Of a DNA stretch of 64,000 nucleotides, positions 52,260 through 62,284 are shown in pieces; position 1 is the stretch's first letter, and each line of letters starts with the position of its first letter. The notes below the pieces were generated by a model. The model saw nothing but the letters and a program-made list of their open reading frames with translations, was not told where the DNA came from and made no database searches. Location of the stretch: the NCBI GenBank assembly GCA_035546035.1, contig DASZXC010000008.1, forward strand, positions 252,265-316,264. The letters run 5' to 3'. Position numbers and translations under genes: made by a program. Origin of the DNA: Minisyncoccota bacterium (GTDB lineage: Bacteria > Patescibacteriota > Minisyncoccia > Phycocordibacterales > UBA6065).

Positions 52260-53006
52260 ATGAATACATATTCGATCCCTAATCTCGACAGGATGATGAC
52301 CCTCGATACGGCGCCGGGCGAGCGCCAGTATGTGTACAAGCTCCGCGACCTTCCGGAAGCCGACAAACCGCGCGAGAAACTGCTCGCGCATGGCCCTAAC
52401 AGCCTTTCGATCGTCGAATTGGTGGCGATCATCCTGAATACCGGCACGGTCAAAGAAGACGTGCTTTCCATGGCGTCTCGCATCATCCGTGAATATGGCG
52501 AAAAAAGCTTTGCGTCCCTCGACGATGCCAAAAGACTCTCCGTTGATCTCGATATTCCTTTGGTAAAGGCTTGCCAGGTCGTCGCATCGTCTGAATTGGG
52601 CCGTCGATTCTATAAAAAGCCGGGTGGCAGGAATATTGCCATCAGGAATGCCAAAGACGTTTCGAATTATGTCCGCGATATGCATGAATTGCCGAAGGAG
52701 TATCTCCGCGGCATATACCTCAATAACCATCACCGCATCGTGCATGACGAAGTCCTTTCGATGGGCACTCTCGATGCGAACATCATTCATCCGCGCGAGG
52801 TTTTCAAGCCCGCATTCGAATACGGCGCTTCTGCGGTCATTCTCGTTCACAACCATCCATCGGGCGTCACGACGCCTTCCGGCTCCGATATAGAGATAAC
52901 TCGTCAGCTCGTCGAAGCCGGAAAGATCATGGGCATAGCGCTCGTCGACCATGTGATCGTAAGCAAGGGCAAATACACGAGCGTGCCTGCTATCTATCAG
53001 GAATAA
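52260..53006 (+). CDS. radC: RadC-family JAB/MPN domain protein
   Basis: HhH N-terminal region, JAMM motif HNHPSGVTTPSGSD. Confidence 0.85.
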   Translation: MNTYSIPNLDRMMTLDTAPGERQYVYKLRDLPEADKPREKLLAHGPNSLSIVELVAIILNTGTVKEDVLSMASRIIREYGEKSFASLDDAKRLSVDLDIPLVKACQVVASSELGRRFYKKPGGRNIAIRNAKDVSNYVRDMHELPKEYLRGIYLNNHHRIVHDEVLSMGTLDANIIHPREVFKPAFEYGASAVILVHNHPSGVTTPSGSDIEITRQLVEAGKIMGIALVDHVIVSKGKYTSVPAIYQE

Positions 53007-53019
53007 AATCGGCGGCTCG

Positions 53020-53268
53020 ATGTACTATTCATCTCTCAAACCCGTATACCTGACCCTTCGAGACCTGCCTGAAGGGGTCGAACAGCCTATACAGACGAGC
53101 TATCTCAATATGCTCATGGGCATGTTCCTCCGTATCCTCGTCAAAATCTATTCTCCCGATGACCTCGTCGAAGAAGACAGGGCGAAGCTCCGCAAATACC
53201 TCGAACGCATATTCGAAGCGAAGGATGCCCTTATGGGCAAAGACACAGGCAACGGCCGCGACTACTAG
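53020..53268 (+). CDS. Small hypothetical protein
   Basis: ORF only; typical codon usage. Confidence 0.35.
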   Translation: MYYSSLKPVYLTLRDLPEGVEQPIQTSYLNMLMGMFLRILVKIYSPDDLVEEDRAKLRKYLERIFEAKDALMGKDTGNGRDY

Positions 53269-53282
53269 CGCTGTCGCGATAA

Positions 53283-54452
53283 TTAGACGATCCTCGTATC
53301 TTTTAGGGCATACGTATAGCGCAGGCCATAGAGCATAAAGAGGCCAAGGAATACGAATAAGCCTTTTATATCGAAACCAAAGAAAAGGATCGTCGCAATA
53401 ACGGGGCTCACGATATAGGCGAGAGGGCGCACCATACGCGCAAAGCTGATGATATTCGTATTCGAGGCATTTACGTGCTTGAAGAAATAGATATCTATCA
53501 TCACTTCGGCCGATGCGGCGCCGACGCGGGTCAGGAATAATATTGCCGCCCAGATCACCGCATTATGGTCGGTCACGAATCCGATCGCCCCCGTCGCGAG
53601 GCCCATCAGAATGAAGCTCGCCGTTAGCACCTTCTTCTCGCCATGCCTGTCGGCGAATCGTCCCAAAGGACCGCCTACCAGTACGAACGGGATCAGCATA
53701 AACGTGAATATGAGGCCGATCTGCGACCAGTCGAAGCCGACCGTCTCGTGAAGGTATATCGGCGTGTAAATGATCATCCAGGCATAGAAGAATTGGAGCA
53801 GGAAGCTCAAAAAGAGGATGCTTTTGACGTCGCGGTCTGCCCATACCTGAATGAAGCCCTTCCAGAACGGCAGGCGGCTGTATGCGGGGTCTTTGACGTC
53901 GCGCAGGCCGAAGAATACGAGGAATATCGCCGGTATCAGGGTTATGCCCGCAACGGCGTACATATTGCCGTATATGTTGTCTTTGAGTATCGCTGATGTG
54001 ATAAGGGGCGCTATGAGCCACGCCGCGTTCGTTATGGCGAAGAACGCGCCGCGTATCTTGCCGGTCCTCGCATCGCTCGAGAATCCTTCCAAGAAGACGT
54101 CGATGGTGAAGTTCGTGAGCGCGACGGCGACGAAGTTCAATATGAACGACGAGACGATGACGATGACCGACTGGCCCGTCGCAAGGCCCGCAAGCGACAG
54201 CATAGAGAGAAAAAGCAGACCGAGGGTCGTCTTGAAATTGCCGAAGCGGCGCAGGGCGTCGGACATCTCGACGAATGCCATGATGGCGATGATAGAGCTC
54301 GCGGTGTATATGATGCCGACGAGCCCGTCGCCCGTGAATTTGGCGAGGAACGACGAATTCACGTACGTCGGAATGGCATAGCTCAAGTTGAATACGAATC
54401 CGATGACGTACATCACGAACCGCTTTCCGACGAGCCTTTTCTCTTCTGGCAT
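53283..54452 (-). CDS. MFS transporter
   Basis: 12 predicted TM helices, MFS motif A-like GRFADRHGEKK. Confidence 0.8.
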   Translation of the reverse strand: MPEEKRLVGKRFVMYVIGFVFNLSYAIPTYVNSSFLAKFTGDGLVGIIYTASSIIAIMAFVEMSDALRRFGNFKTTLGLLFLSMLSLAGLATGQSVIVIVSSFILNFVAVALTNFTIDVFLEGFSSDARTGKIRGAFFAITNAAWLIAPLITSAILKDNIYGNMYAVAGITLIPAIFLVFFGLRDVKDPAYSRLPFWKGFIQVWADRDVKSILFLSFLLQFFYAWMIIYTPIYLHETVGFDWSQIGLIFTFMLIPFVLVGGPLGRFADRHGEKKVLTASFILMGLATGAIGFVTDHNAVIWAAILFLTRVGAASAEVMIDIYFFKHVNASNTNIISFARMVRPLAYIVSPVIATILFFGFDIKGLFVFLGLFMLYGLRYTYALKDTRIV

Positions 54453-54460
54453 GAAGCCAA

Positions 54461-56440
54461 TTATATCGTGAGAAGGACCGGAATGACCACCGGGCGCTTC
54501 GCGGTCTCCTGGAAGAGGTGCCTCGAGACCGTATCGGTGACGTTAGCCTTGATCATTTCGACGTTGAGGGGATTCATGCCGCGGGCGGTATCTTCGATGG
54601 TGTTCTTGATGATGTCGCGGGTGTCGCGGAGGAGGTCCTGGGATTCGCGAAGGTATACGAAGCCGCGGGAGATGATATCCGGAGACTTGCGAAGGCGACC
54701 CGTCTGGGCGTCTATGACGGCGAAGACGATGAACATGCCGTCCTGAGCGAGCGACTGGCGGTCGCGGAGGACCACTTCCTGCGCGTCGCCCACGGCGAAG
54801 CCGTCGACAAGCACCAAGTTCGCAGGAGCCTTCTCCTTGAGGACGCGGATCTTCCTGCCTTCCTCGTAGATCTCGATGACCGAGCCGTTGTCGGGCACGA
54901 CGACGTTCTCGCGCGGAGTGCCGAGGGACATGGAGAGCTCTGCGTGCTGGCGGAGGAAATAGTGGTAGCCGTGAAGGGGCACGAAGAAGCGGTACTTGAT
55001 CTGCTCGTGTATCCATTTCAATTCGTCGCGGTTGCCGTGGCCCGATGCGTGGATATCCGAGTCGAGATAGGTGATGACGCGCGCCTCGGTGCGGTAGAGA
55101 TTGTCCTTCAATTTGATGACGGCGTTGTAGTTCGTCGGGATGATAGACGAAGAGAGGAGGATGGTATCGGTCTTGCGGAGCTGGACGTGCTTGTGCTGCT
55201 TCGTCGCCATGCGCATGAGGGCGGCGAATTCCTCGCCCTGGGCGCCGGTCACGAGCATTACGATCCTGTCAGGCGGGTATTTCTCGATGTCTTCGACGGG
55301 AATGATGTTCTTGATCTCCGCGAGCTTGAGGTGTTTGATGATGTCGACGTTGGTCTTCATCGAGCGTCCCTCGACGACGACTTTCTTGTTGTATTTCTCC
55401 GCGGCCTTGATGATGGCGATGATGCGCTCTACCTGGGACGCGAAGGTGCCGATGATGAGACGACCTGACGTAGTCTGGATGAACTTGTCTATATTCTCGA
55501 TGACGACGGATTCAGAGAGCGAGAAGCCGGGCTTTTCGATCGACGTCGAGTCCATGGTCAACAGGAGGACGTTGCGGTCCTTGAACTGGCGGTACTGCTC
55601 GATCTCTTCTTCGGTGGGGACGCCCTTGATGTTGTCCACGCGCACGTCTTCGATGAAGACGATGTCGCCGTACGGCGTATCTATGATGAGCCCCATCGAG
55701 TCAGGGATAGTGTGGGAGATAGGGAAGGTCTTCACCTTGATCTTGCCGCAGGTGATGGTCTCGTTGCCGCTGATGACTTTGATGTCGAGCGGTTCGAGGT
55801 GAGGAAACTCCTCCTGGCGCTTCTGGATCATGATGGCGCCGAACTGGCGGGTATAGAGAGGCGGGTACCCGATGCGGTCAACTACATATGGGATGCCGCC
55901 GATATGGTCCAGATGGCCGTGGGTGATGAAAAGGGCGCGGATGCGGTCTTTGCGCTCTTCGAGGTATTTCGTGTTCGGAAGGATGTAGTCGATGCCCGGC
56001 GTCGCCTCCTCTTTGAATTGAAAGCCGGCGTCGATGACGATGATGTCTTCGCCGATCTCGATAGCGGTCATGTTCTTGCCGATCTCTTCCACGCCGCCGA
56101 GCGGGATGATGCGGATATTGCCCGGAGCGATAGGCGGGATAGGGGCCAGAGGAGCGCGATTCTCGCTCCTTTCTTCGCCGATCTCGATAGCCGGGGTGCC
56201 CGCGCCGCCGTGAGCGCGGCTCGAGCCGCTCATGCCTCCGCGGGATCCGCCGAATCGGCGGGGACCCTTGCTCCGCATCATGCGCTTCATGCGCCCGCCG
56301 AGGCCTCCTCCCATGCCGCCGCGAGGCCCGCGAAAGCTCCTGCCTCCGCGATTGCCCCGCCTCGGTCCCCGTCCTTCGCCTGCATGATGAGGCGCTCCCG
56401 TCGTCCGTTCTGCCGTCTGTGGTTTGTTCTGATCTTCCAT
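54461..56440 (-). CDS. rnj: Ribonuclease J with N-terminal Gly/Arg-rich extension
   Basis: Metallo-beta-lactamase motif FITHGHLDHIGGIPYVV, beta-CASP and C-terminal domain; about 100-aa N-terminal RGG/GGR-rich low-complexity extension. Confidence 0.9.
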   Translation of the reverse strand: MEDQNKPQTAERTTGAPHHAGEGRGPRRGNRGGRSFRGPRGGMGGGLGGRMKRMMRSKGPRRFGGSRGGMSGSSRAHGGAGTPAIEIGEERSENRAPLAPIPPIAPGNIRIIPLGGVEEIGKNMTAIEIGEDIIVIDAGFQFKEEATPGIDYILPNTKYLEERKDRIRALFITHGHLDHIGGIPYVVDRIGYPPLYTRQFGAIMIQKRQEEFPHLEPLDIKVISGNETITCGKIKVKTFPISHTIPDSMGLIIDTPYGDIVFIEDVRVDNIKGVPTEEEIEQYRQFKDRNVLLLTMDSTSIEKPGFSLSESVVIENIDKFIQTTSGRLIIGTFASQVERIIAIIKAAEKYNKKVVVEGRSMKTNVDIIKHLKLAEIKNIIPVEDIEKYPPDRIVMLVTGAQGEEFAALMRMATKQHKHVQLRKTDTILLSSSIIPTNYNAVIKLKDNLYRTEARVITYLDSDIHASGHGNRDELKWIHEQIKYRFFVPLHGYHYFLRQHAELSMSLGTPRENVVVPDNGSVIEIYEEGRKIRVLKEKAPANLVLVDGFAVGDAQEVVLRDRQSLAQDGMFIVFAVIDAQTGRLRKSPDIISRGFVYLRESQDLLRDTRDIIKNTIEDTARGMNPLNVEMIKANVTDTVSRHLFQETAKRPVVIPVLLTI

Positions 56441-58237
56441 TTAATTGTTATTAAGTATCGAATCCTTGTCCTTCACGAATATGTCCCAGACCCGTTCGGT
56501 ATCCACGTACCAGCGCTCTACTCCGAGGAAGCGATCCGACGACGTCGTGATCTCTCCCAGCTCTACTCCATGGAGCTTTGCCGGAACGGCATAGAGGAAA
56601 TCGGGGCTCCAGAGGAATACCGCCGGGGTGTCGTTGGCGATCTCGGATTTGACCGTCGCGTACGAAGCCGCCGCAGCTGACGACGACGTGGCCGCCTGCA
56701 TCTTTTCCAGAGCCTTGTCCACTTTCTGGTTGGTATAAAGGGCGATATTAAGGCCCGGATCGTTCCTCTGGGACGAATGCCAGAACGGATAGAGGTCCGA
56801 GTTCTTGCCCGTTACGAGGCCGAAGAGGAGCGCGTCGTATTTGCGCGGCCTGATGACGCTCTGGTTCAGGTCAGACGGCTCGTATACCTGCACGTCCATG
56901 CGAGCGCCGAATGCCGTCCAGGTCTCCTCTAATCTCTTCGCCGCGAGGACGAGCTCCGGGACGTTCGCGGTAGAAAGGGTAAAGGCGAGGGTGGTCGTCG
57001 CCGCGCCTTTGGTCTTTGCCTTGTATTCGTATATGCCGGTATCGGGATTCTTCTTCCATCCTGCCTTCGCGAGGATCGCCGCGGCATTCGCCGCCGTGGT
57101 CGAGGCAGCCGCCGCGCCCGCGGCGTTCTTTTCGGTCGTGGTCGGAGGGAGCGGGCCGTCTACTGCCGTGCCGTATCCCGAGAGAACGCTCGCGATAAGC
57201 GAGTCTTTGTCGACGGCGGCGTTCAAGGCCTGACGGACTTCCTTTCGCGCCAGGATCTCGTTCTGGTTCTGGTCAAAGAAGACGCCGAAGACGCGGGTCA
57301 GAGGCGCGGTCAAAAGCGCCGCTCCGCCGATATTCGCCGCCGATGCCGGCGAAAGATTCGACGCGCTTTCTACTTCGCGGGCGACGAGGGCGTCGTCGAG
57401 CGCCTGCTCGGTCGCGAACGCTTTTATCGAAAGGCTTGTTATGTAGGGCTCGCCGAGAGCGTAGTCCGGATTGGCTTTGAGCACGAATTCGGTCGGAATG
57501 CCGTCGGACGACTTCAAGACCGAGGCGATGACGTACGGACCCGATCCGACCGCGGTGGTGTTAAGCGACGAGAACGGCATCTGGTCCACGGTCAGGCTCT
57601 TCCAGAGGTGCGACGGCAGGATGCCGAGCGTCAGATTGTTTATGAAAGGCGCGTACGCCTGCTTGAGCCTGAAGGTCACTTCCTTCGGTCCCGTCTTTTC
57701 GACGGTGACGCCTTGCCAGTTCACGTAGCGCGGGCTCTTCAGGGTCGAATCCTGGGCTTTCTGGACGGTATAGACGACGTCGTCGGCGGAAACGGCCGTT
57801 CCGTCGCTCCAGACGGCTTTGTCCCGGATCGTAAGGGTATAAGTAAGGCCGTCAGGCGAAATGGTGTACGACTGGGCGAGGTCAGGGACGATAGAGCCGT
57901 CCGGCTCTGCCTTGAGGAGGCCCGAATAGACGAGCTGGGTCAGGTCGCGGTCCGCGTCGGATACGGCAAGGAGGGGATTCACGAATCGCGGCGTGCCGAC
58001 GATGCCTTCGACGAGCGATCCGCCGCGGCGGGGCACGTCGACCGAAAAGCTATCGCTCACTTTTCCGAGCAAAGACAGAACGCCCCAGGCGAATGCCACG
58101 AAGCAGACGAGGAAGAGGACTTTCTCGGTTATGGAAAAAGACGAAGCGACGGAATCTATCTTTTCGAGGCTCTTGTTCTTGCGGTCGCGCGACAATGATT
58201 CGAGAAGCGCGCGGAAGAAAGGTTGTTTCTGTTCCAT
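56441..58237 (-). CDS. ABC transporter substrate-binding protein, family 5 (peptide/nickel type), membrane-anchored
   Basis: N-terminal TM; family-5 SBP length and motifs (GSGPYV, LLFGL.TGKNSDLYPFWHSSQ). Confidence 0.75.
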   Translation of the reverse strand: MEQKQPFFRALLESLSRDRKNKSLEKIDSVASSFSITEKVLFLVCFVAFAWGVLSLLGKVSDSFSVDVPRRGGSLVEGIVGTPRFVNPLLAVSDADRDLTQLVYSGLLKAEPDGSIVPDLAQSYTISPDGLTYTLTIRDKAVWSDGTAVSADDVVYTVQKAQDSTLKSPRYVNWQGVTVEKTGPKEVTFRLKQAYAPFINNLTLGILPSHLWKSLTVDQMPFSSLNTTAVGSGPYVIASVLKSSDGIPTEFVLKANPDYALGEPYITSLSIKAFATEQALDDALVAREVESASNLSPASAANIGGAALLTAPLTRVFGVFFDQNQNEILARKEVRQALNAAVDKDSLIASVLSGYGTAVDGPLPPTTTEKNAAGAAAASTTAANAAAILAKAGWKKNPDTGIYEYKAKTKGAATTTLAFTLSTANVPELVLAAKRLEETWTAFGARMDVQVYEPSDLNQSVIRPRKYDALLFGLVTGKNSDLYPFWHSSQRNDPGLNIALYTNQKVDKALEKMQAATSSSAAAASYATVKSEIANDTPAVFLWSPDFLYAVPAKLHGVELGEITTSSDRFLGVERWYVDTERVWDIFVKDKDSILNNN

Positions 58238-58292
58238 ATGAGAGCCCGCCCGAAGGCAAAGCTGTGTTGGTTACGTAAGGTAAGAGAGTTTC

Positions 58293-58523
58293 CTAGCGGA
58301 CGAGCGAGAGGAAAGAGGTGAGCGCGAAAAGGATGCCGAGGACGATAGTCGCGATGAAGAGCGTCTTTTCAAGGCCGCGCCTGGTATGGAATACCGAGCT
58401 CATATTGTCCGCGCTGCCGAGCGCGCCTCCGTTCTGCGCGCCTGTCTGCTGGAGAAGGACGGTCAGAATGAGGAGCACCGATATGGTTATCTGTATATAC
58501 GGCAGCACGCTAGAAATACTCAT
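58293..58523 (-). CDS. secG: Preprotein translocase subunit SecG
   Basis: Two TM helices (VLPYIQITISVLLILTVLLQ ... LFIATIVLGILFALTSFL) with Gly-rich loop; start at ATG 58523. Confidence 0.6.
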   Translation of the reverse strand: MSISSVLPYIQITISVLLILTVLLQQTGAQNGGALGSADNMSSVFHTRRGLEKTLFIATIVLGILFALTSFLSLVR

Positions 58524-58623
58524 GGAGGAGATACTACCACGCCTTCGGGAACGGCGCAATTCGAGGTCCGGCCAATAAAAAAGCCCGCGGCGGATGTTCA
58601 GTCCGGCGCGGGCTCGAGAGAGA

Positions 58624-58633
58624 GGGGGGGGGG
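58624..58633. repeat. Homopolymeric G10/C10 tract in intergenic region upstream of secG
   Basis: agagGGGGGGGGGGagag; adjacent hairpin AGCCCGCG...CGCGGGCT. Confidence 0.9.
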
Positions 58634-58637
58634 AGAG

Positions 58638-58991
58638 CTATCGTTCAGAGTCGAAGGCGAGCGACGGATGCATGTCCCGCAGCTCGGCTTCGCTCATAGG
58701 CTCTGGCTGGACGAGGCTGCCGTCGTGGTACTTCTTGACGACGTATGCGACTCGTTTGATCGCCGGCATCCAGGCGTCTTCTTCGTTGAAGCGCTCGATG
58801 CAGACGCTGTTCTGGACCACCATGATGCTCAAGATCCCGAAGACTTCCATGATCTCCCGGAACGGCGCGGGAAAGGCTTTTTCCGGCATGTCTGCCGCCT
58901 GGCCTTTGAACCAGGAGATATCCGGGTGGATATCGCGGTCGAAATGCACGAAAGCGAGGCAAGAACTGACGATCTTGTATCCGTGAATCAT
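58638..58991 (-). CDS. Hypothetical protein (117 aa)
   Basis: ORF only; no motif recognised. Confidence 0.35.
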   Translation of the reverse strand: MIHGYKIVSSCLAFVHFDRDIHPDISWFKGQAADMPEKAFPAPFREIMEVFGILSIMVVQNSVCIERFNEEDAWMPAIKRVAYVVKKYHDGSLVQPEPMSEAELRDMHPSLAFDSER

Positions 58992-59048
58992 TGTCGTTAA
59001 GGGTCTTAAGGGTTGAAAGTTCTAAGTTTGAGCCTATTTTACATTATA

Positions 59049-59077
59049 TTGACAGCTCTTGTCAAGAGGTGTATAAT
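59049..59077 (+). promoter_or_regulatory. Consensus sigma70 promoter TTGACA-N17-TATAAT with -35 embedded in palindrome TTGACAgctctTGTCAA
   Basis: TTGACA 59049-59054, TATAAT 59072-59077, palindrome 59049-59065; 48 nt upstream of ORF 59126. Confidence 0.6.
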
Positions 59078-59125
59078 TAGGTTAGGTTAACGTCTCCTCA
59101 GTTCACCCTCAACCCCGATTACGCC

Positions 59126-59491
59126 ATGCTCTTCACATACGTTCTGGTCGCGGTGTGGATCGCCGCATATTTCGGTATCCTCATCGCGGATCTCGTCGGC
59201 CTCGCCGTGTACGCGTTCGAGAACCCTGACTGCAAAAAAGTCTCGGCGGCGGTGACGCTCGTCATCGGCGCTCTCCTCGTCGCGAGCCTCGGCTACGTCT
59301 CGATCCGCATCGCCCTGTTCTTCGGCTCCTATGTCTGGTGGAAAGAGCTCCTCGCCTCGCTCACGGTCTTCGCGATCTCCTGGAAGGCGAGCTGCAAGAT
59401 CTACAAGAACATGGATTTCTTCATCACCCACGTGGATTATGACCTGATCCAGGGCAAAAAGCGGCGCTCCCGCCCGCCCACGTTCGTCTGA
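59126..59491 (+). CDS. Membrane protein, hypothetical (3 TM)
   Basis: Three hydrophobic helices; downstream of consensus promoter. Confidence 0.45.
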   Translation: MLFTYVLVAVWIAAYFGILIADLVGLAVYAFENPDCKKVSAAVTLVIGALLVASLGYVSIRIALFFGSYVWWKELLASLTVFAISWKASCKIYKNMDFFITHVDYDLIQGKKRRSRPPTFV

Positions 59492-59577
59492 AGGACTCAA
59501 GACAAAGCTCCCGCCGTCCGGCACTCCCGGATGCGCGGGGCTTTTTTCTTTGGTAGAATAAGGCTCCCCGCGGTTCC

Positions 59578-60231
59578 ATGAACGAACAAAACCATAAGGC
59601 CTCTCACAATCCCGTCCTGACCTTTCTCGACCGATTCCTCGACGTGCCGGAGGCTAAGGTCACGTATCTCACCAAAGCGACCGCCGTAGACCGGCTGCTC
59701 GCCAAGACCTTTCTCAAGCTCTTGCCTCCCGGCATCACGCCGAACGACATAACCAAGTTCAGGCTTCTTTCCGTTCCGTTCATCGGCGTCCTTCTCGGCT
59801 TCGATTTCTTCGCTTCCGGAACGGTGCTCTTCTTGTTCGCGGCATTCTCTGACGCGCTCGACGGCGCTCTCGCCAGGACGCAGAGGAAGATCACGACCTG
59901 GGGCACGCTCTATGATCCGATCGCGGACAAGCTCCTGATCGGCCTGGTCTCCGTCATTATCATCTCGAAATACGTGAGCACGCATCTGGCGCTCGCCATC
60001 GTCCTGATCGAGGTCGCCCTGGTATCGTCGGCGTATTACCGATATAAGGGCAGGGTGGTGCCGGCAAAGACCATGGGAAAGAGCAAGATGATCCTCCAGT
60101 GCGTGGGCATCATCGTGCTCCTCCTCTCAATTCTTTTTAATATCCCGGCACTGCTCGCGGTCGCTACGTGGATACTCTACGGAGCCGTCGTCTTCGGCCT
60201 TCTGTCGCTCTTTGTTTTTCGCTCGATATAA
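59578..60231 (+). CDS. CDP-alcohol phosphatidyltransferase family protein
   Basis: Conserved DALDGALAR...G...DPIADK motif, 5-6 TM. Confidence 0.75.
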   Translation: MNEQNHKASHNPVLTFLDRFLDVPEAKVTYLTKATAVDRLLAKTFLKLLPPGITPNDITKFRLLSVPFIGVLLGFDFFASGTVLFLFAAFSDALDGALARTQRKITTWGTLYDPIADKLLIGLVSVIIISKYVSTHLALAIVLIEVALVSSAYYRYKGRVVPAKTMGKSKMILQCVGIIVLLLSILFNIPALLAVATWILYGAVVFGLLSLFVFRSI

Positions 60232-60245
60232 TCCATACTTAAGCC

Positions 60246-60800
60246 ATGAAAAGATCAACCATAATCATCATCGTCGTTGTCGTACTGATCCTCGGATATA
60301 TAGGCGTCTCATATAATGGGCTCGTCACCGCGTCAGCGTCCGCCGACGCGCAGTGGGCGCAGGTAGAAACCCAGTATCAAAGGCGCTTCGACCTCATCCC
60401 GAATCTGGTGAACGCGGTCAAGGGCGCCATGAAGCAGGAGCAGGCGGTATTCGACGCTATAGCCGATGCTCGCACGCGATATTCGGGCGCCGCTACGGCG
60501 AGCGACAAGGCTGAAGCCGCGAGTGAAGTAGAGTCTGCGTACGCGCGGCTCCTCGTCGTTATGGAAAACTACCCGACGCTCAAGTCGTCCGAGAACGTCA
60601 TGACGCTCCAGGCACAGATAGAAGGCACTGAAAACCGCATATCGGTCGAGCGCGGCAGGTATAACGACGCGGTCCGGGACTATAACCTCCGCGTAGCGCG
60701 ATTCCCGAGCTCTCTCGTCGCGGGAACGTTCGGGTTCGGCGCCAAGGCATACTTCCAGTCCGCGGCGGGCGCCGACACGGCGCCGACCGTAGAGTTCTAA
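60246..60800 (+). CDS. lemA: LemA-family protein
   Basis: N-terminal TM, LemA core (YNGLVTASASADAQWAQVETQYQRRFDLIPNLV, VMENYPTLK, RGRYNDAVRDYN). Confidence 0.85.
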   Translation: MKRSTIIIIVVVVLILGYIGVSYNGLVTASASADAQWAQVETQYQRRFDLIPNLVNAVKGAMKQEQAVFDAIADARTRYSGAATASDKAEAASEVESAYARLLVVMENYPTLKSSENVMTLQAQIEGTENRISVERGRYNDAVRDYNLRVARFPSSLVAGTFGFGAKAYFQSAAGADTAPTVEF

Positions 60801-60804
60801 ATAT

Positions 60805-61707
60805 ATGAAGCGAGCCGCCTTCATCATGAATGCGGTAGCGGCGCTCGCGAGCTCAATAATTATATTTTGCAGCCTCGCGAGCGCCGCTTTTGCCTATGTA
60901 AGCCCCGGCGAAGCCACGGGATACGCGAACGACTTCGCCCAAATACTTCCGGCCGATAAGCGGGCCGCTCTCGAATCGAAGCTCTCCGCATTCCATTCGG
61001 AAACAGGCGCAGAGATCGCCGTCGCGACGGTCAAAAGCCTCGACGGCGACACGGTAGAGGATTTCGCGGCGAAGCTTTTCCAGGAGTGGGGGATTGGAAG
61101 GAAAGATGCCGACAACGGCATGCTTATCCTCGTCGCCCCGAACGAACGGGAGATGAGGATCGAAGTCGGCTACGGGCTCGAACCTTCGGTGACCGACGCC
61201 GCGGCGTCTCTCATTGTGAGGAACATCATGATTCCGGCATTCCAAAAAGGCGATTATTACGCCGGCATAGACGCCGCGGCGGATCAGGCCATCGGGCTCA
61301 TCAAAAACGATCCTGAAGCGGTGAAGTGGGCGAACGACGCCGAACATGCCGATTCCGCCGCGATATCGACGGGCCTCGTCATATTCCTTCTCTTCATCGC
61401 GTTCCGCCTGCTCATATTCATGGCGACGACGAAATCCTGGTGGCTCGGCGGTGTCGTCGGCGGGGCGCTCGGCCTCATATTCATAGGCACGCTTTTCGGT
61501 ATTGCCGGATGCGCGCTGGGCGGACTTCTCGCCGATTTTCTTCTGTCCCGATTCGCAGGCGATTGGATCAAAAAGCATTTCCACGATCATCGCGGTCCGG
61601 GCGGCCCTTGGTTCATCGGCGGCCTTGGTGGGGGAAGGGGTGGCGGAGGATTCGGCGGGTTCGGAGGCGGATCATCGGGCGGCGGCGGCGCCAGCGGCCG
61701 CTGGTAA
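60805..61707 (+). CDS. TPM-domain protein (YgcG-like) with Gly-rich C-terminus
   Basis: Signal peptide, TPM domain (GAEIAVATVKSLDGDTVEDFAAKLFQEWGIG), TM, GGGRGGGGFGGFGGG tail; LemA-TPM pairing. Confidence 0.8.
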   Translation: MKRAAFIMNAVAALASSIIIFCSLASAAFAYVSPGEATGYANDFAQILPADKRAALESKLSAFHSETGAEIAVATVKSLDGDTVEDFAAKLFQEWGIGRKDADNGMLILVAPNEREMRIEVGYGLEPSVTDAAASLIVRNIMIPAFQKGDYYAGIDAAADQAIGLIKNDPEAVKWANDAEHADSAAISTGLVIFLLFIAFRLLIFMATTKSWWLGGVVGGALGLIFIGTLFGIAGCALGGLLADFLLSRFAGDWIKKHFHDHRGPGGPWFIGGLGGGRGGGGFGGFGGGSSGGGGASGRW

Positions 61708-61736
61708 GCAGGCGGCTCCGCTCCGTAAGCTGGAAG

Positions 61737-62042
61737 CTATCGCGCGAGCCAGAGGGCGAAGGACAGATATATGATCGTGATGACCGCGAACGCTCCGACC
61801 GTCTTGAGGAAAAGATTCAGCGCCTCCTTCTTTTTCCCGTCGACGAGCAGGATCGCGGGCTGGTAAAAGAAGAGATATCCCATGAGGGCTACTGAAAGAG
61901 TGACGAGCGATACCATTCCCATCGGTATCAGCACGGTCTCCGGTCCCTGGAAGCGATTTTCGCCGACCCAGTTAAGCCCTAAGAAGATAAGCGCGATATA
62001 GCCTCCCGCCACAGCCGCATTATAGAAAGGATTTTTGCTCAT
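61737..62042 (-). CDS. Small membrane protein, hypothetical
   Basis: Three TM helices; start moved to internal ATG 62042 because longer ORF overlaps tRNA-Ser. Confidence 0.4.
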   Translation of the reverse strand: MSKNPFYNAAVAGGYIALIFLGLNWVGENRFQGPETVLIPMGMVSLVTLSVALMGYLFFYQPAILLVDGKKKEALNLFLKTVGAFAVITIIYLSFALWLAR

Positions 62043-62122
62043 GTCCTTTAGAATAGCTGATATGCCGATAATGTTACATCGTTTGGCGAAAGTCTGCGCA
62101 TCGAGTATAAATAAGGTCTCAC

Positions 62123-62212
62123 GGAGGCGTCGCATAGTGGTCTAGTGCGCGACCCTGGAAAGGTCGTATATCCGAAAGGGTATCGAGAGTTCGAATCTCT
62201 CCGCCTCCGCCA
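62123..62212 (+). tRNA. tRNA-Ser (anticodon GGA), long variable arm, CCA encoded
   Basis: GGAGGCG-TC-GCATAGTGGTCTAGTGCGC-GACC-CTGGAAA-GGTCG-TATATCCGAAAGGGTATC-GAGAG-TTCGAAT-CTCTC-CGCCTCC-G-CCA. Confidence 0.85.
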
Positions 62213-62284
62213 GTTTGACAACGGTTTTTCCGTGCCTAGTATGGGGTCCAGAACCCTCAACCCAACCCTCGATATATCGAAATA

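Noticed and set aside
61737-62135. Full-length 132-aa version of the membrane protein ORF
   Set aside because: Its first 31 codons overlap tRNA-Ser on the opposite strand. The start was moved to the internal ATG at 62042.
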